The notes beneath the pieces were generated by a model. It searched no databases and had not been told where the DNA came from. It was given only the letters and a program-made list of their open reading frames with translations. Shown one piece after another: positions 27,246-39,822 of a DNA stretch of 64,000 bases (positions are counted from its first letter, which is position 1; every line of letters begins with the position of its first letter). The stretch comes from Octopus vulgaris. Taxonomy: Eukaryota. The translations under genes and the position numbers were made by a program. The stretch lies in NCBI GenBank assembly GCA_951406725.2, contig OX597822.1:17608001-17672000 (forward strand), given 5' to 3'.

Positions 27246-29609
27246 CATTATTGTAAAAAAGAATTCATAAACATCCTTGTTTAGAGTTCATTAGAAGAAA
27301 ATGTTATTGTTGCATCTCAAACTGAATAAAGGTTTAACTTGCTTTTAATCCTATTCACACAGTAGTTTAATAAAAGTAGAATCAGCATGACACAGTGTGC
27401 ACTTAGTTATAACCCAGTTTAATTTTATTCCTATTGATGTGTGTGAATATGTCTCTGTGTAAGTAAATCTTTTTATTTATTATTTGAATATGTCTACATG
27501 TTATCACATGGTGACAATTTACTTTGATGCCTACTGAACTTCTCTGCAAGTCCACACACATCCTATAAATCTCAAAGTACTCAATAATCTGAGCTACTTT
27601 TCATATTAACTTACCTTAAACCACCTCTGTTCTAATGATAAAATTTCTAATTTTAAAGTTTCCATATTCAAATTGGAATCTTTTGTCATATTTTTATGTG
27701 CAAACCTTTTGCTAAGTTATAAACTTAATAACTTTAATGATGAAGTTGTCTTACCTAATCCTTCCAAATCCTTGATTATATTCAAAAGCAATTGAAATAT
27801 ATGAACTGTGTGTTTCATTGGAAATATGCTAATGAAAGAGATAACTTCAGAAATAAAGTTTATGATTCTTTCCTCTGAAATTTTTTTCTCTTCCTCTTAG
27901 TAATTGGAAGTTTAAAATGAAATTGATATTTTCAATAGAAAACTTAAATGGTAAAATTCCATTGTGTATATGTAGAGATGTGGTGTATAATATATATATA
28001 TTTGATTTATACTGTTTTGTTGGCTATAAATAATCTTATATGTAAAGCAAACAACCAAACCTGCTTTAAATTCACCTTTTAAGAATTCTACCAGTTAACA
28101 AAACCATCACATTTGAGTAATGTAGTTTATTTGAAGTGTTGTGAAACTATAGAGTTAAAAGTGATTGAGGAGGCCTTCACAATGCAGTCAGAAATAAAGG
28201 TGTGATAAGAATATTGAAAAAGTAAAAAAGCACAGATTTTTTTTCTTTTTTTAATTCTTATGCTTTTTTTATATAAAAAACCTTAATCTGCACAGGCCAA
28301 AATGCTGTTCCACTTTTCTCTGTTCGTCATTAAGGCTTTTTTTATTGCCAGAATATTGAAATATATAAGGTAAAACTATAAATGTTTGATTTTATTTTTT
28401 CACTTCTTTATTTCATATTTGCATTGTTGTGGCCTTTTCAATAACTTCTCACCAACCCATTAATAATTTAAAATTAAAAAGAAAATCCATAAACATGCTT
28501 GTTTAGAGTTCTTTAGAAAAAATGTTATTGTTGCATCTCACACTGAATAAAGGTTTAACTTGCTTTTAATCCTATTTACACAGTAGTTTAACATAAAAAA
28601 AATTCCATTCTGGGATGTGTCATTTGATATTCTTTCACTTGCTTAATCTTTGAACTGCAGCTAATCTTGTGCCCAGCCTTCAAGGTGTTTACTTGATTGT
28701 ATCAACCCCAGAAATTATTACATCTCTCTCTATTTGTCAAATAGCTAAGTTACCTTTTTGATATAAAGAGATCCAGCTTGACCTACTAGGTGAACTGGTC
28801 TACATAAACATAGGCACAAATATATCCTTGTCATTTCTGTTTTACATCTCCTTTCCATACTGGTATGGTTTAGAGGAATCATCCTGGTCAATTTCTGACC
28901 TTATTTGGAGTTAGTGAATTACTATCCACTGGACAATTTGAATAATCCTGTTTAAACTTTCTGGTGTGTGTATGAGAGAGAAAAGAGAGATGTGTAGATT
29001 GATGCAGGCATGGCTGAGTGGCTTGGAAGCTTGCATTACAATCCTGACATCCTGGGTTCAATCCTATCATATATTGTATGACATGTTCAGAGAATGCCTT
29101 TCACCATAGTCTTGGTTCAAGATAGGACTTGAGAGTGAAATTAGGACTGAAACTCTGTGTAGTTGTAAACATTTATAAATGTATTTATTTATGTATGTAT
29201 GCATATATCTCTGTCTTCACACACACAACCATCTTCCACACAGTTTCTGTTTACAAAATTTCATTGCCAAGGCTTTGGTCAGCCTGCAAGGCTCCAGTAG
29301 AAGACAATTACCCAAGCTATTGCATAGCAAGATTGAACCTGGATCTACAGGCTTGCAAAACATACTTGTTAAACACACTGCTATGCCTATCCCTATAAAG
29401 ATCTTCAGTTCTTTGCTTCCATGCTTATTTCACTTCAGTTTGGTGTCATATCTAAGATGTTTCTCTGGTTGTTGGAACTAAATGATAACCACAATAACAA
29501 ATCATTTAATACATAGCAATCAAATGAACTGACAATAAAACATTAATACACATGTGTAGACATCTCTCTTTTTCTCTCACCATAATGTCTTGTGCAATTT
29601 TAAATTCAA

Positions 29610-29838
29610 GCGAGGTCATTGCCAGTACCGCCTGACTGGCCCCCGTGCCAGTGGCACATAAAAAGCACCCACTACACTCTCGGAGTGGTTGGCATTAGGA
29701 AGGGCATCCAGCTGTAGAAGCTCTGCCAGATCAAGATTGGAGCCTAGTGTAGCCATCTGGTTTGCCAGCCCTCAGTCAAAATCGTCCAACCCATGCTAGC
29801 ATGGAAAGCAGATGTTAAACAATGATGATGATGATGAT
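29610..29838 (+). mobile_element. 5'-truncated RTE 3' UTR copy with (GAT)n tail
   Basis: ttaggaagggcatccagctgtagaa...gtccaacccatgctagcatggaaagcagatgttaaacaatgatgatg. Confidence 0.8.
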
Positions 29839-30784
29839 TTTAATTCCATATATAATAGAATAATTTGCTTAGAATATATTTAGAAATTTTATCATTGTCA
29901 CATGGAACATCAGACAGAATGCTTTGCAGTAGTATTTGCTGTGGCTCTGTGATCTGAGTTCAAATCCCCCTGAGGCCAACTTTGTCATTCATCCTTTGTC
30001 AAGTCCTCACTTTGATGTTGTTATTCAACTCAACAATGGTTGTAGTTGAATAATATTCTTAAGGCCACAATTTACTCACATGCAGCACCTTTCAGAGCTT
30101 GTCACTAATTCAGTTCTTAACCAAATTGAAAAGCATTAACATTTTTGAAGAGGGCTGGTCCCTAGCTACATTTTGGCATAACAAAATTGAGATTTGATCC
30201 AGCCAAATAAAGTTTACATCAAAATTTGTAGCAACATTATTAGAGAGTAAGTAATGCCACCAATCAAGTTTAGATCTAAATAACTTCCTTATTTTAAAAG
30301 CAAAATATATTTATCTTAGTTTCAATGATAAAAGAAAGTATGAAGAATTTCATAGTTTTGTTCCTATGCAACAAAAATTTGTATAAAAAACATTGTGAGA
30401 TAAAATATCATGAAAAGAATATGAGACAAAAAATTGGATTGAAGTACAATTAACTTTTTTATTTTAAAAACAAACTATATTTTCATTAAGCTTAAATGAT
30501 AGGGCTCAATTCAAGGAATTTCATGGTGTCTTTGTCATGCAATGAAGTTTTAAAAGAAAAAAAGTTCTGAGTGTTTGTTTCTCAACCTTGAGGGTGATAA
30601 TATAGTTCTATACATTTTTATGCAAAAAGTTCTACAAGGGACTTTTAATATCTGTCACCAGCATCATTGAGGTAAGGACTGCCCTGCTAATTGACATTAT
30701 TAATCAATAGCATAACCTGGAAAAAACATGGATTACATATAAAAATGCAAATGAGAGAAATAATATTCTTAAGATTATAAACCT

Positions 30785-30860
30785 GGAAAATTACAGGACA
30801 AGTCATTTCACTTGGAAAAGTTCAGGACAAGTTATTACAACTGTAAAGTACAGAACAAGA
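30785..30860. repeat. Degenerate ~29-bp tandem repeat, 3 units
   Basis: tggaaaattacaggacaagtcatttcac / tggaaaagttcaggacaagttattacaa / tgtaaagtacagaacaag. Confidence 0.6.
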
Positions 30861-31995
30861 AAATTTTTACTTAGCTGCATTTTGTCTGTCTTTACGTTCT
30901 GAGTTTTGCTTTTAGGGTCTGTAAAATAAGTTCCATTTGAACTCTGGCGTCAATGTCATTGACTCACCCTCTCCCCACAGATTCAGGCCTTGTGCCTATT
31001 ATAGAAAGCATTATTATTATTATCCAGACTGCAGAATCATTAGCATGCCAGACAACATGCTAGGCAGCATTTCATTTGTCTTTTACATTCTGAGTTCAAA
31101 TTCCACCAAGGTTAGCTTTGCCTTTTGTCCTTGTTGAATACTGGGACCTCCTTCTCCAAACTTCCTGGTCTTGTGCCTATAGCAGGAAGGATTGTTATTT
31201 GTTTTCCAAAAAACATCAGTTATCTCCTCCTTATTTTATGGAGATATTTAAAGACTACTAAAAGAACTAAAACTCATTCTATTGTTTGTAAGCAAAACTG
31301 ATTAATGTGATTCATGGTATGTCAGAAAATCAGCTAAAAAAATGTATTTCTAGAACTGTCAAATTCTGTCATTTATTTTGTAACAGATTAATTTTGCCAT
31401 TCTTTGTATATTGTGCAATTTAATATTGCACAAGGACTTTATGATGGTTCTGTGACTTTTTACATAAAATGGATCTTGGTCAAAATTTTTGAGCATGAGT
31501 TTTCAGTTGTTTGATCAACTTAACTACCAGCCTCATTGAATTAGCATGTATACCATAAACACTCCCTAATGAAATCAACACAATGTAACAAGATTGGTAC
31601 GCTCTATCTGACAGATCCATCCAGTTCTGATCAGGAGTGAGTTAACCTAAGGCTATTGAAAATATCATTTGACCCTTCATGCCATGTTCTGGGATTGAAC
31701 CCATAATCTCATAATAGGAAAGTAAACCTCTTAACCATTCAGCTTTGGTTGCACATGCATGCACATGTGCGTTTGCTTACTCACTCCTACTATGGCTGAA
31801 TGGATAGAAAGATTTAAGAAGACTTTTAGTTTGAGCCACAAATCTCTGGGTATGTATCTCTGTCAGTCCACACCAGGGAGTTGATCCTTGAGTCCATTGC
31901 TGTCAGTTCACTTGGAAAATATCATTTTTGCAGGTAGACTCCAACTGCAAGAATAACTAAAAATTTAGGTGAAGGAAATGACATAATTACTCTTA

Positions 31996-32229
31996 GGCGG
32001 CGAGCTGGCAGAAACGTTAGCACGCTGGGCGAAATGCTTATTGGTATTTCGTCTGTCTCTACGTTCTGAGTTCAAATTCCACTGAGGTCAACTTTGCCTT
32101 TCATCCTTTCTGGGTCGATAAATTAAGTACCAGATATGCACTGGGGTTGATGTAATCGACTTAATCCCTTTGTCTGTCCTTATTTGTCCTCTATGTTTAG
32201 CCCCTTGAGGGAAATAAATAAAAAAAAAA
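31996..32229 (+). mobile_element. Full-length tRNA-derived SINE with Meta-like central domain, A-rich tail and 11-bp TSD
   Basis: ggcggcgagctggcagaaacgttagc...gagttcaaattcc...gcctttcatcctttctgggtcgataaattaagtacc; TSD aattactctta at 31985-31995 and 32230-32240. The Meta-domain assignment is from memory. Confidence 0.88.
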
Positions 32230-32242
32230 AATTACTCTTATA

Positions 32243-32413
32243 GGTGCAGGAGTGGCTGTGTGGTAAGTAGCTTGCTAACCAATCACATGGTTCCGGGTTC
32301 AGTCCCACTGCGTGACATCTTGGGCAATTGTCTTCTGCTATAGTCCCAGGCCGACCAATGCCTTGTGAGTGGATTTGGTAGACAGAAACTGAAAGAAGCC
32401 CATCATATATATG

Positions 32414-32448
<35 letters not shown>

Positions 32449-32645
32449 TTGTCCCCCTAGCATTGCTTGACAACCAATGCTGGTGTGTTTACGTCCCCGT
32501 CACTTAGCAGTTTGGCAAAAAGAGACTGATAGAATAAGTACTGGGCTTACAAAGAATACGTCCTGGGGTCGATTTGCTCGACTAAAGGCGGTGCTCCAGC
32601 ATGGCCACAGTCAAATGACTGAAACAAGTAAAAGAGTAAAAGAGA
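32243..32645 (+). mobile_element. Full-length tRNA-CORE SINE with CR1-LINE-like tail
   Basis: Near-identical to 21039-21424; ends ggcggtgctccagcatggccacagtcaaatgactgaaacaagtaaaagagtaaaagag. Confidence 0.9.
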
Positions 32646-33325
32646 GTATACTTATTTCAGCCAGTCACTCTCTCTGGAGCATAAGCCATCAACAATCTTG
32701 TAGCAGAAACCTGGCTGTGTAAAGCAACCTACGGAACACAAGCCACTGCATCACGTTTCCCTAAAGAGAGGCCTTTCTCTCTCAGGTCTTGTTGGTTTTG
32801 ATTTGCCATCAATGTTTCTGTAACTTTGCTTTTTCTAGGTAAGTGTATTGCCCCTAGGCAAAGCAATTGTTATCTCTGGGAAGAGGGGATCCATATTAGT
32901 CTCGCCTCTATCCTTTGACCTGTCCAGCATAGAGGTGGGTTCTACCAGGAGCTTGCACTCTGCTGTTGTGGCTCACAGGGTCTCTGAGACATAGAAGCCA
33001 CCACATCACAAGAACCAGACCTTGTGACAGTTGGGATACAGTTATTTAAATCAACTTCAGATATATTCTAAAAGAAGAGATGGATGGGCAAAGCTGGAAT
33101 GTCTTTGATCGTAAGTTTGCTTAATCAGGCTCCAGCAACAACAATCTATTGTTTCTCAAGTTTTCTGCCAAATAAATAAATATTAAACAATGCAGTCCTA
33201 GTTATCTCCAAGAAACCAGAATTGTCTTTTGATCGTGAGTCTTATTCAGTCGAGGCTGATCTGGGGCTAAACAACTGCTACTGCTACAACAACAACAATG
33301 TGTAATACTACAATGATAACTTAAT

Positions 33326-33583
33326 GACTTGCTGTGCTTGAGGAGACCTATTGAGTCAAGTACATCAAAATAAATATCAAATGGAAATTGTAGTTGTGAT
33401 CCCTGTGCCGGTGGCACATAAAAAGCACCAACCAATCGAGGCACATAAAAAGCACCCACTACACTCACAGAGTGGTTGGCGTTAGGAAGGGCATCCAGCT
33501 GTAGAAACACTGCCAGACCCCGGTTGAACTGTCCAACCCATGCTGGCACGGAAAACGGACATTAAACGATGATGATGATGATG
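33326..33583 (+). mobile_element. 5'-truncated RTE LINE with (GAT)n tail and 13-bp TSD
   Basis: Begins in sequence similar to the end of the RTE ORF (tgctgtgctt...agacc) and ends in (GAT)n; TSD atgataacttaat at 33313-33325 and 33584-33596. Confidence 0.85.
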
Positions 33584-33914
33584 ATGATAACTTAATACAG
33601 TTTCATTTGTTAAAGTAAATACTTGCCATCATATGTAAACTGATGTAACGGTTAAATGGCCCAGGTAGGGAAAAAACAACAACAAACTGTTTCAGTTCTT
33701 AGTCATAAGACTGAAGCACATTTAACATTTTGCATATGAGAATATCTGTGTAACCTGAATAATACAGACATGTATGTGTGTGTGTGTGTGTACATACATA
33801 CACACATGTTGCACAGAATTTATCATTTCAGTCTATTTGAAATCCTTTTCATTTAATATAGGATTTTTTTTTTGAATATGTGATATGCATTTCATTAGAT
33901 TATTCTGAAAAGCC

Positions 33915-34040
33915 AAATAAATAATAATAGAATGAATAAAATAATAATATAAGTAAACAAATAATAGAATGAATAAAAATAATATAAGTAAATAAATAAT
34001 ATTAGAATGAATAAAATAAAGATAATATAAATAAATAATG
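33915..34040. repeat. AT-rich minisatellite, ~40-bp unit x3
   Basis: aataatagaatgaataaaataataatataagtaaa repeated with small variations. Confidence 0.8.
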
Positions 34041-36088
34041 CTTTCTATTGAAATCTGACTTCTCGTAATTCAACAAAGTAAAAAAAAAAAAGGTAAATTT
34101 TGATAGTGAGATTTCACTGACATCTATCATTTGATATAGTTTCCAAATAAATTAATACCACTCTTGATAATGGATTACATAAATGAATAAAACAAACTGT
34201 CTTTTTGTTATTTGCATTTTATTTTGAATAATTCTTTTGATTAGTCAATGAGCAATGCTTTGTTTAGATATAGTAACTTTGAAAATATTGTTAATAAAAT
34301 ACAAATGATTAGAAATTGTTTCATCTCCTATTTAAAAACTTAGAAATTGAATCTGTAATTGTACATCTTTAATGAATACAAAATAATCAAATTTGTATAA
34401 GTTCCTGTAGTCACAGCATTTTTTTGGCTCCATTTTCCTAGTTTTAAAATATGTCATTGTTCCAGAAGAGCTTTGGTTGTGAGGACAGAATTAAAATCAA
34501 TCTATTTTAACCATCCTGTCTTTGCATTACATTGTCTAATGTGTCATTAACTTTTTTTTGTTGTTTTTTTTGAGTGATCAGTTGAGTGCGATTTGTGGGA
34601 GCTCTCACTTTTAATCCTAGGTTTCTTGTGATTGTGTACAGGACCCCTTATTGGTCTGTACTTTAAATATATACCATGGGTACATATTGCTGCGGTAATA
34701 AATTAATATTTCATTAGCTAATGAAGCTCATGTCTAAATTGGGCCTTAGAAAGGTTTTTAATGTAGATGAATGCTAATTGTGAAATTTTTAATACTTTCA
34801 ATATTTGAAATTTATTTTACTATATTTACACAGAAAATTCATGCTTTTAGATTTTTAATGCCCATCTTAATTTTAAGATTCTCTTTGTTTTATACTGTTT
34901 TTTATAAATGATGGCATTGTTAATTGCTGCTTTCCAACTGGCCAAACACTGGTTCATTGCATTTCTGATAGTGTGAGAGAAAGAGAGAGAATAATGTGTC
35001 TATAATTCAATGCGGAAAAAATATCATTAGAAACTTTGTTCAAAAAGTATGCTTTTATTTTTTTTAGAGTTTTCTTTACATGTGTATGTATATATAAATA
35101 CATGTCCAACCCATGCTAGCATGGAAAACGGACACTAAATGATGATGATGATATATACATACACACACACATTTAATTTTTTACAATCTAAGGGTTTCCA
35201 CTGATTTAAGCACACACTACATACTTGATGGAATGGCACAAAGTTTCTATCTCCCAAATTCTACTTATAACATATTCAGGTGGGTAGGGAGCATTTTAAC
35301 CCCTGGCTATTATACAAGATGCTCAAGGTGATACAGAATGGATTTAAAACTGAAACCAAATGGTTGGGAAGCAAACTACTTAACTACATACAGCCGTACC
35401 TTGCTGGAATCATTCCATGTAATGTTCCTGCAGTTATTGTATTTTAGATACAAAAGGTATCTTTTTCCTTTTTTTTTTTTTTTCCCATCTGACACATTTC
35501 TTTGAAGTGTTGATACTTTGATAGATACTTCCTTCCATGTAACATTTATGTTTCATACACAATGCATTCCTTAAATATGATACAGCTTCCAGAGCACAAT
35601 TGAAGTAATATCTCTCTCATGAATGTTATCTTTCTAATAGTGGTGAGACTTAGCTGATAATCGTCTTTTACGGGAGGAGATACATCCCTAAAAGAAATGA
35701 CTACAATACCTTGTGCTGCTTCTCGGAAGAAACTAACCATAGCTACTTTCTCATTGGCTGCATCAGATTTTTTTACAGCTTCATTAAAGTTATAAAAGTG
35801 AAAGAAGTTTGATAAATGAAAAGCTCTGAAGAGATTTTGCCTAACAGATTCTGCTTAGATTCCATGCTGAGATTCCATCAGACATTATTCTTGGATACAA
35901 TGCAAAGAGGCTTTAGATTATTTTGTACAAAAATCTTTCATGAATATTGCTTCACCATATAATTGAAATATTTATGGATTTCTCTATTGTGTTGCATTTC
36001 CTTTACTAGAATTTGTTTTATCTTTAAAGGTTTCTTTTCTATCTTTTCTCTCTGTCTCACTTCAATCTCAAAATATCATGGGATTTAA

Positions 36089-36310
36089 CCTCTTTGATAC
36101 CAACTTGACCACAGCAGCAGCAGCTCTTGCTTCTGTCATACAAAACTGTTTTAAACTGATCTAAATTATAACTTCCCATTAGAATTTCATGCTAATTTAT
36201 GTTCCAAACATCAGCTTAAAAACAACAAAATAATTTCCTTAAATTTTTCATTAGCTAAAACATTTTTTTAAAAGACCACATGTTTGAATAGAAATATGGT
36301 AACAAAAGGG
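36089..36310. mobile_element. TTAA-type (piggyBac-like) MITE, family 2; related copies at ~25165-25430 and ~37860-38070
   Basis: TTAA|cctctttgatacc...ggtaacaaaaggg|TGAA; the internal taatttatgttccaaacatcagcttaa block is shared in reverse complement with the other copies. Confidence 0.7.
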
Positions 36311-38819
36311 TGAAACAAAGAAAGCTTTTGAGGCAAAAAAATAACTCTTTCTTCAGCTGTAACAATGGGAAGAAACTATCAAAGCCAGATTTGAGATTGG
36401 TGAATCTTGAGACCTTTCATTAAAAACTTACACTAGAACATCCCACAGCTTGTTTAGTTTTTGCCCTTAATCCTACACTAATAGTCAATGAATATATTGT
36501 TCAGTTGTGGTAGAATTCTGTTTACTTTTATCCCACTTAGGATGCTTTATTGATTTAGAACTGTGTTATTTTCTTTCTTAAATGAAATGGTTTTCAAGGT
36601 GAACATGGTTTTATTGTTGAGTATTTGAAGCTCTTGTACTGCTCTCGTTTCTTTCATTGTGTTGCATCTTAACAGAATTTGTTTTACTTTCTAAGATTTT
36701 ATCCTCATTCATTTTCTCTTTCTTCATCTCCTTTCTAACCTCCCTCTTTTTCTCACCTCAATCTCTTCTACCAATATGATAGGATTTAAAATTTCAGAAA
36801 TATAGTTTTATGCCATCATGTTCAATAGGGTTTTAATTATAACAAATAAAAAAAGAAACTATTGTGTGTGTGTGTGTAACTTGACAGGAAAGTAACTTTT
36901 AGAAGTGGAAAAAAAATAATTCACTAGCTTTTTTTCCTGGCATTTTCAAATTAATTTTTTTTATCATTTTAGATAAATAGTAAAAAGAATAGTAATTCCC
37001 CCAAAAATAAAGTTCTTTATTTTTATTACATTATATTTTATTTGAAGGGAAAACATGATAGTTGGTAATGGACAAAATATTACTATTTCTTTAAATATTT
37101 CAGACATCTTCGCTGATGTATTCATAGCATTCAGAACTAATACATTTCATTTAGTTATTTCTCAGCATTTACTTTATCTCTACAAGGACTGGAATATTTA
37201 GCTAAGACATTGGCATTCAAGTGTAGATAGAAACCATGCTGAAGCTGACATTGTATCCAACCCATGCCAGCATGGAAAGTGGATGTTAAATGATGGTGAT
37301 TGTTCCAGGGCTGACGCTACATCTTGGGCACTCCAAAATCTATCTCAGTTATAAATCAGGCTCTACTGGATGAGGTGAGGCTGGGGGACAGGATGGGGAT
37401 GAATGAGGGAAGTCAAGAGGATCATTTGGTATTATGACCTGTCACATGTTTTGATGTTAAGCATTTAAAATTTTGTCAGGTAATGAATTTACTTAGTTTT
37501 ATAACTTATAATGATATAAAATTCTTGTGCATTTGTTTTTTCCACTGAAGAGGGTGACGACTAGAGTAATATATAGAAAAAGTAGTTGTTGGAGGTGCAC
37601 AATTTAGGGCTTGGCAAAGTGTTGTGTTCGGGGGATAAGTGGACACATTTTGTGGCTGGGAAAAGGACCATACATTGTAGAGATGGAAGGTGGAGTGCAC
37701 ATTGTAGGAATGGCCTTGTATGCTGGATTCCCAGGTAGCTGCTCTGCATTCCTCATGTTTAAAAAGAACCCAACAAACTCTATTACTTGCTATTGACTTT
37801 ATCTAAAATCTAATCCTCGTCATCTTTTAAGAACCAAACTCTGATTGAAAGGAACACTTTAGCCCTTTTGTTGTTACTAGATTTCTGTTGATATAGAATT
37901 GCTTTGTTTTATTTAATTTTGAAAATAATGAAAAATTTAGAAAAATACCTTATGATTAAGCTGATGTTTGGAACATAAATTAATAGGAAACTTCAACAGA
38001 AGGTTTTAATTCCAGTCATTTTAAAAACAAACCAGAACAGTCTCAGGTACCCTTCTCTCAAAAGGGTCAATTCTGTTTGTCTCCATGAAAATTCTGGCCC
38101 ATATTTTACACAAACAATTCTAATTTCTTTTAAAATTCTACCATGGACAAGCTAACAAGGAAGGTCCTGTGTAGTTATTGACCTGCTTGAAGTAGTAGTC
38201 AGATAACCCACAAATAACTTCCCATACATCTTAAGAAAAGTGTGGGGAAAAAGAAAATAGACAGTGGACAATGTAGTTATTCATGTACAATAAGTAGGTC
38301 ATGGTTAGAATGTCTTTGATTACACCTCTTCAATCATTGGTGGAGAAACAAATTAATAGGTGCTTTATCTTTGGACAACTTTTAATAATCTTCTACAATA
38401 TGTAGATATCTTCTGCCAAAATATATTATTCTAATTCACTGCAGTATTATTGCATAACTCTTATGTGTGTGTGTGTCTGTGTGTGATATGAAAAGTTTCC
38501 TCATTGATTGGTAATATTTATTTAGTCTTTTTTTTCCATTTTAGATAATAGTAAAAATAGTAATTGTAAACAAAATATAAAAAAAACAATCATTTTAATT
38601 TTTATTATAGTATATTACATTACATTATTATTGTTTTTATTACATTATATTTATGAAGGAAAATAACATGATGGTTGGTAATGGATAACAATATTTTATT
38701 AATTTAAATATTTCACATATCTTCAATAAAGTATTCCTGGCATTCCAGAGTAATGCCTCTTGATCATTTCTTACTGTTTGCTGTTTTCACTGGAGGTGGA
38801 ATATACAGGCAAAGAAATA

Positions 38820-39516
38820 CAGACATGTCTATGTGATTGACAAGTTCACTTCCCACTCACAGAGTTTCGAGTTCATTGATTCTGGGTGGTACCTTGGGCA
38901 AAAAGGTGGCGAGCTGGCACAAACATTAGCATGCCGGTTGAAATGCGTAGCCGTATTTTGTCTGCTGTTATGTTCTGAGTTCAAATGCCGCCGAGGTCGA
39001 CTTTGCCTTTTATCCTTTCGGGGTCAATAAATTAAATACCAGTTACGCACTGGTTAAGTTAATCAACTTAATCCGTTTGTCTGTCCTTGTTTATCCCCTC
39101 TTTGTTTAGCCCCTTGTGGGTAGTAAAGAAATAGGTACCTTGGGCAAATGTTTTGTACTATTACTCTAAGCTGACGAAAGTGGAATTAGTAGATGGAAAC
39201 TGAAAGAAGCCTGTCATATACAGTGGGTTTCTTTCATTCACATACATGTGTGTGTGTGTTTTGTCTTGACATTGCATGATAGTTGTAAGCAAGTGGCTCT
39301 GCTATACAGGTGCTGTCATTTTGTTTCCAGTCATCCATGAAAACATGTCTGACCTTGGAGAAATATTATGTTGCTTGGAAACTGGTAAGTGTTATGGATA
39401 GGAAGGACATCTGACTGTAAAAAAACCTGCTTCAATAAAATCTTTTTCACTCATGCAAGCATGGAAGATCATCCTCATCCTGCAAATTTCAACATTAAAA
39501 CCATGATGATGATGAT
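38820..39516 (+). mobile_element. Old tRNA-CORE SINE with RTE-type 3' tail, interrupted by a younger SINE
   Basis: Head/CORE ...ggtaccttgggcaaatg...ggaaactgaaagaagcc, then ggataggaaggacatc...catgcaagcatggaa...acattaaaaccatgatgatgatg. Confidence 0.75.
38903..39133 (+). mobile_element. Meta-like SINE nested in the CORE domain of another SINE, 15-bp TSD
   Basis: Homologous to 31996-32229; TSD ggtaccttgggcaaa at 38888-38902 and 39134-39148. Confidence 0.88.
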
Positions 39517-39603
39517 TCCTTATTCCTCACCAAAAAACAAATCAATTTTTTTTCCTAATTTTTACCTCTTAAACCTAAACCTTATCCCTCAGCATCCTTT
39601 TAA

Positions 39604-39822
39604 CCCTTTAGCATTTAGATAATTCTGTTACATGTAATACTTATTTATTTACATTGTCTTATCTTGGTCATGCTTTATCTTGTAGCTCTGAGATTTTAAT
39701 GAGATTTAATGTGTTTATTTTTAGGATGATATTGTGGGGTAGGTGTAAGAGGTTAGATCTGGCCAGCTTAAATATAAAACAGAATATCTGGGCCAGATAT
39801 GGCCAGATTAAATGCTAAAGGG
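39604..39822. mobile_element. Intact piggyBac-like MITE, family 1 (219 bp)
   Basis: TTAA|ccctttagcattta ... taaatgctaaaggg|TTAA: perfect 14-bp TIRs with CCC/GGG ends and TTAA TSD. Decayed copies at 17290, ~41200-41370 and ~49110-49280, plus a partial copy at 47591-47731. Confidence 0.9.

Noticed and set aside
30715-34040. Short spaced repeats considered as a CRISPR-like array
   Set aside because: Degenerate tandem units without unique spacers in eukaryotic DNA; no cas-like ORFs.
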